A stretch of 63,604 bases of DNA, counting the filler, from Octopus bimaculoides (Eukaryota), in NCBI RefSeq assembly GCF_001194135.2. It is 5 parts of 5 records of this genome, joined end to end, with 100 filler letters (N's around TTAATTAATTAA, not from the genome) between each part and the next. Parts side by side here need not be neighbours in the genome. Positions count along the whole stretch, not along the records: positions 1 to 21,881 come from NC_068983.1; 4 more parts are not named here. One strand, given 5' to 3'. Every line of letters starts with the position of its first letter. Position 1 is the stretch's first letter. The notes beneath the pieces are model-generated. The model had not been told where the DNA came from and did not search any database. It was given only the letters and a program-made list of their open reading frames with translations. The position numbers were made by a program, and so were the translations under genes. This document shows positions 1 to 14,588 of the stretch, piece after piece.

Positions 1-702
1 AGACACTTTCAAATTTATCAGAATATCGGACTGATGATTTTGGAATAGGGATTTTTCATTCTCTTAACCATGAAACGATCGTATCCGATTAATTAAAGAC
101 TTGTTTTGTTTATGCTTTCTCCTCCGGTTTTTTGTTCTATGTGTGCCACAAATATCGCCATCCATTTAGAGAAAAATTTGTAGTTTAGAATCAGTAGTTC
201 TTTGACTGCTATTTCTAAATTTTCAGTATGTTGGAGAAGCAACTCAATGCTAATCCCTGTATATTTATGATGATAAATGGTTTTACCGATAAAGGTTTTT
301 TCATACTGAACTACTTGGCAAAATTGTTAATTATTAATTCTATTATTAATTGACGATTCCCTGCCCTTATTCTTGTATATATATGAATAGGTAAATATAT
401 TTAGGGTGAGACGAAAGAGAAAATATTAAGAGATAAAGAACATTGATGCTGCTAGAAAGAACTCGGCGACTCGTTGCATTTGTTTAATATTAGCGTTCAA
501 ATGGCAACTTCAAGGCACAGGTTAATGAAATGGCAACGAATGTTTTATTTTCTTAATTTCTTCGCACCAAGAACCACGATATGTATCCAAAGTGTTTGAA
601 ATATTTAATCTATTCTCTGTGGTTACTTTTTCTGGTCATCCGATAGTGAACCGGGTTTTGCTGTGCATGTGGAGTATCTCATGATAAAACCCGTCATAGA
701 TT

Positions 703-705
<3 letters not shown>

Positions 706-776
<71 letters not shown>
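706..776. repeat. (CA)n microsatellite
   Basis: Pure CA run; one of many CA/TA/TACA tracts in the window. Confidence 0.97.
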
Positions 777-777
<1 letters not shown>

Positions 778-1605
778 GTTTTCGTCTTTGCATCAGTACC
801 AGCATTTGATATACGGTGTATAGTAAGGAATTTTGACTAAATATGATCAGAAAACATTTATGACAATTTGCCTGGAAGAATGTGGAATGGAAGAATGTGG
901 AATGAAAGAAAGCAGAAACGGTTTTTTTTTTAGTAATGCATATTTGTCTAACAGAATCTTCAAAGAAATGAAATGTAAATTATATCTGAATTAAAATATC
1001 ACCTCAACCCTACATGTGTACACTCGTTTGAAAAAAGCTTAAAATTAATATTAAGCTATAAAAGAGAGCAAAGAAAAAAATAAGTTGACGCTTTCATCAT
1101 TATCAAAAATAATGTTTTCAAGAAGGATTCGCTATGGTTCATTACGAGCAAAAAGTATAAATAGTAATATTAATAAAAATAATAATAATGATAATAATAA
1201 TAATAATGATAGTGTTAAACGATAATATAGTAAATGTATAAATGAATAGATAAAAATACTGCGCCATCCATAGCTACCGTATTGATTTCAGTTTTAAGTG
1301 AGTATGAAGTGCGGTCGAGAAATAGAATATTCTCAGATTCATTTGTTTGCCAATACCATTAGGCGTAGGAATATAAGGAAACACTTGCAATCAGGAATCG
1401 AATACAGGTAACAATACATGTTCGTCAGGAGCTCTCGCTACGTTTATCACCACAGTACTTCCGATATTGGTTCATCAAAGTTGAAGGCTAACATTATTTT
1501 TATGACGTCATGAATCTGTTTACTTGTTTTCAAATGCGTGGTTTATATTTTCGTTGAGAATAGTATATATTATCAATTTTATAAACTTCTATAACAGACA
1601 AAACT

Positions 1606-1773
1606 GAGTGGCTGTGTGGTATATAGCTTGCTTACCAACCACTTGGTCCTGGGTTCAGTCCCACTGCGTGACACGTTGGGCAATTGTCTTCTACTATATC
1701 CTCGGTCGGGCCGACCAAAGCCTTGTGAGTGGATTTGGTAGACGGAAACTGGAAGAAGCCCGTCGTATATATA
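1606..1773 (+). mobile_element. tRNA-derived SINE, family D (head TGGCTGTGTGGT...GGTTCAGTCCC; tail GGATTTGGTAGACGGAAACTG-(TA)n)
   Basis: A/B-box-like head; same body recurs at about 7420-7576(-), 12955-13070(+), 37770-37890(-), 43519-43680(+) and 44637-44790(-). The tail runs into a (TA)n tract and an assembly gap. Confidence 0.85.
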
Positions 1774-3186
1774 NNNNNNNNNNNNNNNNNNNNNNNNNNN
1801 NNNNNNNNNNNNNNNNNNNNNNNNNNNNNNNNNNNNNNNNNNNNNNNNNNNNNNNNNNNNNNNNNNNNNNNNNNNNNNNNNNNNNNNNNNNNNNNNNNNN
1901 NNNNNNNNNNNNNNNNNNNNNNNNNNNNNNNNNNNNNNNNNNNNNNNNNNNNNNNNNNNNNNNNNNNNNNNNNNNNNNNNNNNNNNNNNNNNNNNNNNNN
2001 NNNNNNNNNNNNNNNNNNNNNNNNNNNNNNNNNNNNNNNNNNNNNNNNNNNNNNNNNNNNNAAAGGATAAAAGAATAAAATAACATATATATATATATAT
2101 ACATGCATATATATACATGCGTATATATTAATAAATATATATACATATATATATACGCATATGCATAAATATACGTACGTACATACATACAAGCATATAT
2201 ATATACATATGCATATATACATAGACATATCTACATATACATACGTTCATACATACATATACATCCATACCCACATACGCACATGCACAAACACGCGCAT
2301 GCGCCCCGCGCATGTTGGACTAAATGATACATTTTTGAGATCCATTTTGAAAAACAACAGCAGGAGCAATATTAAAAGCCACAAGAACGACATCAACACA
2401 CAGAAATGCGCAATAAACAAATAAATATATAAATAAATAAAAGAAACTTAAGAAGCGCCAGAAATATTGATTATTCGAAATAAATTATTCATATGTAATA
2501 GAATTTGAATAAGTAAGGATACTGAAAGTAATAAATGGATTCGACAAAATCAAATAATGAAAGATAAATTAAAATAATTTCCATCTGGTTTTCTTCAATT
2601 ATCTTGTCAATTATTTCTAATAAGAAGTTTCCAAAATATAACTGTTATAATTTCTTTTTTCTTCGTTACTGTCATGCGAATTTCTGATGCAATAATCGGG
2701 CCACGTTCGTGTTCTTATTTTTATGAAGATGGGAAATATAGATTCCTTCTGTTGGTGTACTGCATCACTATATTTTGTTTATTGAGTCCTGTTATGGTAC
2801 TGTTATCTCTGTTGAGTGGTGTGTGTGTGTAATGTTGCCTCAATCTTCTACATTGTATGTTGCGCGAGTTGTGTTGCTAATAGGTGCTTATTGTAAAGAG
2901 AGAGTGCTGCGTGTGAATTTCAATTTGAACATTTTTTATTGAATGGTCTCTTAGTTTTAGTAAATTCATAAAGTTTTCGTAAGATATAGGCTGTTCCAAG
3001 TAGAGTTATTTTGGAGGGCAGTGCGCAGTGTTGTGAACCTGTTATGCCTTTCATGATTCTTTCATAATTTTTAAAATCTTTCCTATTGTTCAATTACAAG
3101 TGATGTTATTTTACCCACCATGCCCCACTACTTGAAAACTTCAAATTCAATGTCCTTGTATTTTGTTAGACTTTCCACTACCTATA

Positions 3187-3405
3187 TTATTTACATTATT
3201 TACATCTAACGGATATTTGTGCTCATCTTGTTTGTTGTCACCACAACGTTTCGGCTGATATACCCTCGAGCCTGGTTGATACACCCTCCAGCCTTCATCA
3301 AGGCTGGAGTGTATATCAGCCGAAACATTGGGGTAACAACAAACAAGATGAGGGCAAATATCCGTCAGATGTAAATAATCCCTCATCTCTTAAATATAAA
3401 ACTGT
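3187..3405. mobile_element. Inverted pair of the 3' (HHR) module of the HHR-SINE family
   Basis: Minus copy about 3187-3300 and plus copy about 3300-3405 of the module also seen at 14620-14725 and 38720-38828. The junction is CTCCAGCCTT-catc-AAGGCTGGAG. Confidence 0.85.
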
Positions 3406-3629
3406 ATTTCCACTACCTTTCGGGTATATTTTCATCAGAAATTATTGCGACGTTCGTCGGTTTGTTTGTGTTTATTTTCTTTCTTATTATGACTTGAATG
3501 TTCGCCTTGATGTCTTTCGGAATTTAGACAGGCTTACCCCCAGCTTATTGTTGTAATGTACTGTGTTCGCCTTATGCTTGTTCCATTTCTTGTTTTAACA
3601 ACAGTATATTTGTATATTTATTTCTTTAT

Positions 3630-3801
3630 TGGCCACAGGGGTCAAAATATAGAGGAGGGAAAACAAAGGGATTGAGTACTTATTTAATCGACCACGAAAG
3701 GTAAAGTCGACCGCGGCGAAATTTGAACTCAGAACGTAACGGTAGACGAAATACCGCTAAGCATTTCGCCGGCGTGCTAACCATTCTGCCAGCTCGCCGC
3801 C
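3630..3801 (-). mobile_element. tRNA-derived SINE, family C (head GGCGGCGAGCTGGCAGAA...GAGTTCAAATT)
   Basis: A box TGGCAGAATGGTTAG and B box GAGTTCAAATTTC on the minus strand. Further copies at about 4517-4700(+), 12595-12679(-), 16560-16700(-), 17810-17950(+), 24985-25199(-), 26720-26840(-), 54590-54780(-) and 60146-60315(+). Confidence 0.88.
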
Positions 3802-4310
3802 ATAAATTTGTATATTCCAATATTTGTATATTGCCTAGTAAATGTTGCTACCAACGCGATCATACCGTTGTGTATATTGAGATTTGAGGTCTAAGTAAAC
3901 GGAAATGATGTGGTCAGTTATCTCATCGTACTGGTTTCATATTCTATATATATGGTGTTAGGATCCGTTTTTATGGTTTTCTTATAGTTGAATGCAGCGA
4001 CGATAGATCCCACTTTTCCAGCATTTAGGCTGGAGCTTTTAAGCCATTCCTGATAGCTTTGGCTTACATCTTCTCTATCGAATTATGCGGAGTATTTTCC
4101 GTGCAGTTGTATTTCTTTTCATTTTTCCTTGAAATGTGTTGTAGTTTTGTTTCCAGTTTTTCTTTGTCTTTTTTTCTTTCAGCCATTTCTGTCCTGTTAT
4201 CTAAGTTTATTATTTCAGCGGAAGTCTGTTTCTACTTTGAAATTTATCACTTGCGAAAAGAAACATTTTTGTTGTATTTTTTAATCTTTTATATTTATGA
4301 GTCTTCCAAT

Positions 4311-4499
4311 CTTCTTCTTCTTCTTCTTCTTCTTCTTCTTCTTCTTCTTCTTCTTCTTCTTCTTCTTCTTCTTCTTCTTCTTCTTCTTCTTCTTCTTCTT
4401 TTTCTTCTTCTTCTTCTTCTTCTTCTTCTTCTTCTTCTTCTTCTTCTTCTTCTTCTTCTTCTTCTTCTTCTTCTTCTTCTTCTTCTTCTTCTGCTTCTT
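4311..4499. repeat. (CTT)n microsatellite
   Basis: Near-pure CTT run; source of the poly-L/E/R/F ORFs. Confidence 0.97.
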
Positions 4500-5055
4500 C
4501 TAGTATCGTTACTGCGTCGGACAAAATGCCTAGCAGCTTTGTTGCGACTCTTTACGTTCTTCAATAACTGCAGGGGGTCACTTTTAACTTTCGAGCGTTC
4601 AGGGTCGACAAATTAATCAGCCGATGTAATCAACTTGCCTCCGTGCACACCCATAAACATGTCATGCTTTGTGCCTTTAGTAGAACTTATTATTATCACA
4701 AAACTGTGATCGATTTTGCCTTTCGTCTTGTAGGTAGGGATAAAATAAAAATACTAGAGATTCGCTGGGGCCGATATAGTTGACTTGCTCCCGCAAAACT
4801 GTTAGTCATGTGCTAAAATTAGAAAGAATTATTACTGAGGAATCGGTAGAGCTTCACTCAAAATGTCGCGCACTATTTGTTTAGAATTCCTGCGAAATCT
4901 AACTTATCGTTACAGGTGCGAAACTGAGTATTAGTCGATAACTAATGAAGAATCAGGGACCTCCTGTGTCTGTCCTACGTGTACGTTTTGTAGTATTTAA
5001 TGCATTTTTAATGCATTTTTCATTTATTGAATAACTGAACGCTATGAATCCCAAC

Positions 5056-5097
<42 letters not shown>

Positions 5098-5221
5098 GTT
5101 TATGTGTCTTTGTGTAAGAGCATGAAATGCACACAGACACACATGTATGTATATAAATATATTTATATACGTATTCATTTATATGTGTGTAAATATATAT
5201 TTTTGTATTTGTTGCCTGAAT

Positions 5222-5288
<67 letters not shown>

Positions 5289-5915
5289 AGAGAAAGAGAG
5301 GGATAGGGAAACCGTGAGAGAGTGAGACCGTGTGAGATATAAAATATATATTTAATTAATAATGTAACTATTTAAATTCTCTTTCGCGTTTCAGCTTTGC
5401 AATTAAAATAACATAAAATATCGAAATTGTTAATTTAGTTGTCAAAAGTGTAATTCAGACGAAATCTTTCCGACTCATATCCATCTAATATAATTTATTC
5501 AAATTAAATCATATTCTATAAGTGTATTTTGCGTTGTGCAAAGTCCGAGCGTATTTCATTTTAGACTGTTTGGATTCAATATTCATTTAAAAATTTCTTT
5601 GATGTAGCAAAACTACTGAGTTTTCAACTGGATTTCTTATAGAAATTTCGTTTTCTCCTCTGTAATATATACACCTACAATGGAAAAATCTGCAAGATAT
5701 TGATTTAAGATTGAATGGCGTAATTTTACTGAACATATATATGTTAAAACATTTATTTTGATGTTAGCAATATATAATTTAATTTAGAAAAGAAAACTAA
5801 AAATGTAATGTTAACATGATAAAAACAGAAAAAAAAAACTTTTTATATGAAATTTTCAACGTTCCACCGAATGTCTATCAGCGAATGACAAACGATGAAG
5901 CAGGGTAAACGTATG

Positions 5916-6015
<100 letters not shown>

Positions 6016-8274
6016 CATATGTGTGTGTACGTGTGTGTGTATCTCTCTCTCTCTCTCTCTGTTTTTCTCTCTATCTTTCTCTCTTTCTCTCTCTCTTTCT
6101 CTTTATGTACATATATATTATATACATGTGTGTGTATGTATTTTGTATGTACACACTTACACACAAAAATATTTGAACGCGACGCCTAATAATATCAACA
6201 TTTTAAACCAGAGCTGTTCAAAATAATGAAAAATTGATAATAAATGTTGTTACGTATATACGCAGAGGAAAATGGAGAAAAAGCAGTTAACAGCATGTGG
6301 TTGAATACAATGGGCAGAATAATGTTATTTCCAAGCTACTAAATTATATTCCAGTATATAATTTTGAAGATGTCTCCGATATCCTTAATTGTATTCCTGC
6401 ATTTTCCCCGTGTATTTATAAAGACGATACACCTATCCCGGGAAGTGTCTTAGCACGAGTGTATCTTGGTTGAATAATGTTACCGATGTAATACATGCCA
6501 TGTTTAACCTGATGGATCTGACGTAAATGCACGTGAAAGTGTCAGAGATGCAGAGGAGGTAGTTAACCAGCGCGTAGGTAATGTTACTACGGAGATGTTT
6601 TTTTCGATGTAAATTTCGATAAAGAAATTTCTGGAAGGAAATTTTAAGGTGCACGGTAAACAGCCAAACACATGAGGATTTATTATCGATTGACAGGTTA
6701 TCAAGCACACATTAACGGATATTTGATCGCTGAGTTTATGAACAAAGGACAATTTCTTCTTAAAATCATTAGGCCGGAGAAGCTTTGACTGAGAAGACAC
6801 ACCGATGTCGAAGCATCGGGTGTCTCAAAGTCTCCACGCACTAATAGCGTGTATTATAAATACACATTCGTCAAAATACAACAACAGTTAGTGCTGGCCA
6901 TCCATAATAATGAATCATAGCAATATAACACAACAAAACTAAGTTGGTAATTATGAATCATTTGGAATTCTAAATCCATTACAAAGTAACAGGAATAGTG
7001 TGAGGAAAAATTACTTCTGAGTAATGTAAAATGAGGAAGCAAAAATAATCTCTCATTGCTCTGCATGTCGGGCCAGATTTTGATTTAGATTTAGGGAACC
7101 AATTCAATGGCAACATTACATATCGTTGAGAATAACATGAAGATTATTTAATAATATTAACTTCCTCTGCTTGAAATTACGAATCAGTATCTTTTGCGTT
7201 TTACTTGTTTCAGTCATTGGACTGCACCCATGCCGAGACACTGCTTTGTAGATTTTAGACGACCAAATCACCCCACCCAGTTGTTAAGTGGCGGTGGGTA
7301 AAGACACAAGCACACGGAATCATACAAGCATATCACACAAATACACACACGCACACAGATACACAAACAGCCAAAAAACACACATGCACACACACATACA
7401 TACACAATCACATATCTTCGACGCACTTTAAATGGATTCTATTTGAATTATTCACTCACAAGTCATTCATTAGATTTGGTTTACAACAGAAAACACTTGA
7501 CATAGGTGCTCTACAGTAGGGCTGAACCTGAAACCACGTGGTTGCAAAGCAAGTTTCTGAGCCACACAGCCATGCCTGTGCCTATTTGCATATATTTATG
7601 CATGTATTTATATACGCAATCTATGTACATATATATGTATGACTGTATACACAATAATACAACCTCACACATATAAACTTAGATGGCTGATCACATGAAT
7701 ATAGAGTGAGATAATATGATTATACGATTTTCATACATTTCTCACGGATATTAAAGTTGTGATTAAAACGATTTCCTTCAGTACAGAATCGAAATCTAGG
7801 AGCAGATTCGGCGCTACTAGAGATTATAGTTTGCTCTCATAATTCGTTACATTATATGTAGAGAAAAAAAACACATCAAGTTGTGAATATTAGTATAACG
7901 TTTGCAGCCTACTTACATTAGATTATAGATGTCTGCAGAAATATGGATACAGACAATTTATGCGTGTCTGTTTTATTTGTGTATATAGCTGACTAGAAAA
8001 TGGAATATACTTAGCAATAGCTATAAAGACGTCTAAAAATGGAAACCAGCTTAGTTTTTTCAATACATGCGCATATATAAATAAGTATGTAATGTAAATA
8101 GAGTCATATAGATAAATGCACAGACAGGCGCTATAAATTAGGTTCATACACAAAAATACAAAAATTGTCGTATGTACGTATATATGTATACAATCAACGT
8201 AATGCTTATATATATATATGTGTGTGTATGTATGTATGTATATGTATAAATATACATAAATACCTATATAATTG

Positions 8275-8341
<67 letters not shown>

Positions 8342-9268
8342 ATGTGTGTGTGTATATGTGTGTGTGTATATATATGTGTGCATACAAACATAAATATATA
8401 TATACACACAGAAATTTTCGTATATTCACACATATATTTGACTGTAAACTCATGAATGTAATAGAAAGTGTTCTGTACACTTTTTATGAAATACGAATAT
8501 GCATATATGAATACTTATTTTATTTTTTACAGGGATATGCTCGTTAATATATATATATATATATTTATATATATATTGAAGTATATATGTGTGTATAGTC
8601 ACACACACGGACACATACATGTATATACATATACATACATATATATATATCTGTATATTTATATGTGTGTGTATATGTGTGTGTATGTATGTATATATAT
8701 GGAATATATGTCTAGGACATTTCATAACTTGGAAAAAAGGGAATGAAACTTATTTTGATATAGAAGTAACCGTGATATATGCTTGCCACTTGAAAATCAT
8801 AGCCATATTTTATGGTTTTTCCCTTTTAAGCAGTTATGTAAGTTTTCGAGCGTCAACCAGAACACATCCATGACGGTATGAAAGAAAATGGTACAGTGTC
8901 CATTTGTAGGTATACACACACGCACAAGCGAACATACATACTCACACACAAACACACATGCACAAGTGGACATAAATCCATAAGACAGTATGTTCAAGGT
9001 TTTTGTCACATTTGTTCTTTCTAGTTTGATTTATAATTATCTTCCGTGATTGGAGGTCATAGACTGATTCTACCTTTCTAATCGGCTGAAGAGACACATA
9101 CACATCGCAACAGAACTTTATTTGCAGGAAACAAACTTAAAGATAAGATCATGTATATTTCATTTTTATCATGTATCACATTTTTAACATTCTTTCAATT
9201 TTTTCATTACATAGACTTAATATAATCTCAGTATCGTCTGAAGATGATGGCGAAGAAGCGAAAGGAAT

Positions 9269-9410
9269 AGAAGAAGAAGAAGAAGAAGAAGAAGACGAAG
9301 AAGAAGAAGAAGAAGAAGAAGAAGAAGAAGAAGAAGAAGAAGAAGAAGAAGAAGAAGAAGAAGAAGAAGAAGAAGAAGAAGAAGAAGAAGAAGAAGAAGA
9401 AGAAGAAGAA
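9269..9410. repeat. (GAA)n microsatellite
   Basis: Near-pure GAA run. Confidence 0.97.
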
Positions 9411-12400
9411 ACTAAACAACATAGATAAATTAGATAGGGCTATATAGAATAAATGGGCTTATCTTGCCGTCTGCTAGTGGTCGTTCAGTACAAAGTGTTC
9501 TACTTTTACGGAACTTTATCTGAAGTATGAAAATTTGTTTGACCACCACTCGATATTCACCTGCGACAGCTTAAACTGAAAAAAAACCCCAAAAAACTAT
9601 TAAATCTTGAACTGCCCAAGAATCAAATAATGAGGAGATTTATGTTTGTGGTAGGGGAGTAGTGTGGTCAATGACAGAGTAGCATAAATCGCCTCCCGGC
9701 TAGCAGACCTTCTGTGTCACCCTAGAATGTGTAGGTAAGGGAATAAAAGAGATGCAAGGAGAAACAGAGAAAGGAAAAGAAGAGAAAATCTAATAAGCGT
9801 AGTTAATGCAGAAATTATTAATTTGGATTTAATTAAAGAGTGGTCCGGAGAATTATAATTCATGTATATTAGAACAGGTTTTGCTAAATGAATAAAACGT
9901 ATACACGGATAATTAATACTTAATGATACATAAATAAGTACAATGAAGGAGACTTAGGGTGAATATACAATTATGATTAGGGTGAATATACAATATATTC
10001 AGTTTAAAAGGATTTACAAAATAAAAAAATAATTAAATTAAAATTAAGGGACTCGAATCAGTGAAAATAAAAAATAAAATATAATAAATATTTTTCACGA
10101 AGCATGTTTATAAACCTTTATAAGTGGAGGTGTATATAAGTTGTGGGTTAAGGCGAGATAAGGGTTAATATATAGCAAACTCCGTTTCAAAATTTAAAAA
10201 TAACGAATAAATGAAATATGTATAAAATGAAATAGAAAATAAAAATTACTTAGAAAATTATAAATATGTAAGTGAAATATGAAAATTTATAAATTATAGG
10301 AATTATAAAGCTATGGTATTTCTGCAGTAAGTGAGTGGAGATGTATATTAATCGTAGGTTAAGTCGGAATAAGGGTTTAATATATGATAAACTTCGTTTG
10401 AAAGTTGAAAAATAAAAAATAACTAATAAAGGGAAAATATATATAGTAAAATAGAAATAAAAAAATTACTTTGAAAATTGTGAAAAACCAAATGAAATAT
10501 GAAAAATTATAGATTATACAAATTATAGAAAATTATAGTTCGAGAAGTGGAATAAACTAGAAATGAACGTTAGGAAAGCAACCATCCGTTAAGAGGAAAA
10601 GAAATATGGAAAATGCAAGATTATGATTTATAGAAAAATTATAAATCATAAATGTTATAAAAACATTGTTTGAGAAATGGAATGAAACCAACAGTGAAGG
10701 TAGGTGAAACAAAAACCCGTTTAAACAGTTAAAACTTGCACCTGAAGAATTTACAGATATAAGCTAATTAGGGTAGCAAAAATTGAAATATAATGCCAGT
10801 GATGTAACTAGACGCTGGTATTTAATTTATAAGAGCTGTAAGAATTGTGAAGTGACAATTGGACGAACATACAACCCAAGATAGAAAACGTAATAGTAGT
10901 CGAGTAAGAAGTGAATAAAGGGAAGGTTTGTGGGGGTAGGTAGGAAGAACGTTAAACCTGCTACGGCCATGGACGGATAGCTGTGGAATGGTATATGGTC
11001 ATTATAGATGGATAGACAGATATATATATATATATATATANNNNNNNNNNNNNNNNNNNNNNNNNNNNNNNNNNNNNNNTATATAAAGAAAGTTAGAAAT
11101 ATATTTTATGGATATGTATATATATACATATGGTTTTACATATCTACATATCATATGTATGTTAGATCTAAGAAGTAACACCAGTACTCTTTAGGTATGG
11201 ATGGTTTTCTTTTGGTAGACCAAACATAAATAGCAGCGAAAGTCTTCTCAACCAACGCTTATGGTTTTATGTTTGTACGTATATATTATATGTATAACCC
11301 AGAATATAAGGCCTCTATAGCGTAAAGCTCCGATACAAATAGCCATATCTATTCCCATGTGTATTTGTATGAGTGATGCAATATGGGAATCATCGTGCGC
11401 TATATGCATGCATTCGTTTATGCTTAGACACACATGTACACTTCATCTCACCTTGCTCTGCGATCACTTCATCTCATCTTGCTCTGCGATCACTTCGACA
11501 CCTGACGCGTGTTACATCGTGCACCAGTTCAAGTAACGTCGATTTGATGGAGGGAGTGAGCTAATATGCAGCAGCACGAACATTTGATCACTATAAACAA
11601 ATCATTTGTGCAAGTCGTTGAGCACAATCAGAATATTCATACGTCGTCTTTGACGGAATAGTACATGATATATGCTCTCAAACACACATATACGTAGATA
11701 CATATATACTTATATGACATTTTGATTGTATGGTCTAAAGAAATAGCACTCAATTTAAGTTGTCCAGTTAAATAAGTATAAATGATTTATAAGCTATTAA
11801 TTATACATGAGCTTCTTCTGTTTGAGAGATTAAACAAATGTTAATTGCAAAGTCATCAAAACTTAACTTGTTTACTTGGCGTTATTTTTAGAGATGATAG
11901 AACAGTAACAGAAAAATAAATATGGTGACACGTAAGAAAGTACTTCGCGCCTAAAACTCTGATGAATATTTAATCAGATGCTAATCAACATATAAACTAA
12001 CAAAGAGCTAACCTACAATCTTATCTTATATATAGTAAGAAAAAGGAGGAGAATTTCAATTATCGTCACGTGGTATGTTGTAAAGCAAAATATAAAAGAA
12101 GAAAAATGCACACAGTTTACATAGCTTTACTATATTTTTGATATATTTTATATTTGAAAGATTATTGTGTTTGTCGACCGGTTTCGCTTTCCCAAACCAT
12201 GACATTGAAATTATTCTTATTTTCTTAAGAAGATTTTAGTCCATGTTGTGTATGAGAGTTTGTCCGTGAAATGAATCAACAAGTAGAAAAATCTATGGGG
12301 AAGTAATTGGTGATCGTTATTATTCGGTGCAGGGGAGGTAATTGTGCATATTTTGGGGAGGGAATAAATAAATGTACAAAAACTAAAAAAGCTAAAGTAG

Positions 12401-12891
12401 TGAGATGAACTATTTATATACTGATACCAAAGTTGGTTATGCGTTCATATTTAGGCGTCTTCTGTACTATTCGATAAATGAATTTTCTTCATTTACACGT
12501 TCTTGTATAGAAATGGTTTCTTTGCGCAGGTAAATGGAGAAAACAGTGGAGTTTGGTTGGATATTAACTGTACATTTCTCTGTGTTCACTCAAAGGAATC
12601 TGTCTCAGAACGTAAAGACAGACGAAATACCGCTAAGCATTTCGCCCGGCGTATTAACATTTCTGCCAGCTCACCGCCTTATAAAATATATTAAAAATAT
12701 ATTAAAACTATGTAAACTATAAGCATTTCCTTCTTTTATCATNNNNNNNNNNNNNNNNNNNNNNNNNNNNNNNNNNNNNNNNNNNNNNNNNNNNNNNNNN
12801 NNNNNNNNNNNNNNNNNNNNNNNNNNNNNNNNNNNNNNNNNNNNNNNNNNNNNNNNNNNNNNNNNNNNNNNNNNNNNNNNNNNNNNNNNNN

Positions 12892-12951
<60 letters not shown>

Positions 12952-13183
12952 TATGATGTCGGGTTCCGTCCATTGTGTAGCAGATTGAGCAAGTGTGGTC
13001 TACTATAACCACAAGCCGACCAAAGCCTTATGTGGATTTGGTAGACGGAAACTGAAAAAAGCCCCTTGTCTATCTTTCAATGTATGCATGTATGTATGCA
13101 TTCACATATGTATGTATGTAAGTATTAATCTATTTATCTACCTATCTATCTAAATGTACATCTCTCTTTATCCGTGTATCTCC

Positions 13184-13216
<33 letters not shown>

Positions 13217-13309
13217 CATACATACATACATACATACATACATACATACATACACATATACTCACATATACACACATATACAAGTGAGGTCTGTGCTTGT
13301 GTTTGTCCA

Positions 13310-13480
13310 TACCACCACCGGTTGAAAACCGGTGTTGCTTTGTTTACGTTCCCGTAGCCCAGCGGTTAGGCTTAAGAAAACCTTAAAATTAGTACCAGGT
13401 TTTTGAAAAAATAGGTACTAGACTTTAGCCCTCAAGATGGTGCCTCAACATGGCTACAATCAAATGATTGAAACAAGTTA
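13310..13480 (+). mobile_element. SINE 3' module, family E (ends GACTGAAACAAGTAAAAGAG)
   Basis: Recurs at about 7195-7260(-), 20720-20870(+), 26510-26705(+) and 62440-62822(-), usually after a (TG)n or (TACA)n tract. Confidence 0.75.
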
Positions 13481-14455
13481 AGGAGAAAAGGTATAAAAAT
13501 GGCTTGAAAATGTATTCAATTTTTTTCGTATATATATTTTATTTTTCTAGTATGTGGAATACATATTTTTTCCATATTCAACTTACGATGAAAGTAAATA
13601 AAGTTTGATTTAGAAGCGTTGAGATGTATTGAAAGATACAGAAATATTATTTTTATTCTCAAACGCGTGATAATGCTAATAAATAGCGAGATCAGGATAA
13701 ATTATCCATACGTTGCAGAAAAATACGTTACCGGCCAGCCATGAGACTCGAATTCACATCCCTGAGAGTAAAAATATATGTTCCTTGATATAACAAATGT
13801 TTTCGTATAATAGTTTTACTGATAAAAAATATTGCTGTATGTTTTCACAATGTCACACACACACACACGCACACAAGATCCCAGTCATATTCTCACACAC
13901 ACAAACGCACACATACACACACAAACACACACACACACACGCATACACACACAAATGATACAGTGTAAAATGAAATTTAAATTGTGTGTTTCCGTGTATC
14001 AATTACAGAATACTTCTATAGTAATGCTGTGGCCTGGGTGTTATTTTGGATTCAGGTTTAACCCAAGTGAGAAAAAAGCATCCTTTGCAGTCTTAATACA
14101 ACGTCTTCATTCTCGTTGCGTACCACCAGCTCCATGCTTTATCTAGTGTAGTACACACCAAAACTGTATTCCAAAGGCCAACCTTGTCTTACATACGCTG
14201 ATTCTGCCTGAGAATTACATTAAGTGAGCATGTATCTGTGGTACACTCCGTTATTTGCTGGCTAATTCAAAGACTGCGTGGGCAGTTTAGTTGCCAGAAC
14301 AAGTGGGATATCAATCGTCGAATACGTTGGAACGGCTTTTGTTTGTATATAAATACAGAAGCATCAGCAAAACGTCTACCTCATACTCTTACACTTGAAA
14401 ATAAGAAACTTAGTTTGCAAAACAAAAATAATTAATACAGTTCTATATTAACCAC

Positions 14456-14514
14456 TAGTGGTTAAGTGTGCGGGCTACTAACCTCAAGTTTCCAAGTTCG
14501 ATTCCAAGCAGTGA

Positions 14515-14588
<74 letters not shown>

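Noticed and set aside
4059-4616. Poly-L/E/R/F ORFs; likewise poly-E at 9171-9428 and poly-S/H/I at 61958-62732
   Set aside because: These are translations of trinucleotide microsatellites, with no splice signals or domain context.
10740-11000. Possible mitochondrial insertion (C/T-rich minus strand)
   Set aside because: No recognisable mitochondrial protein, tRNA or rRNA motif on translation or inspection.
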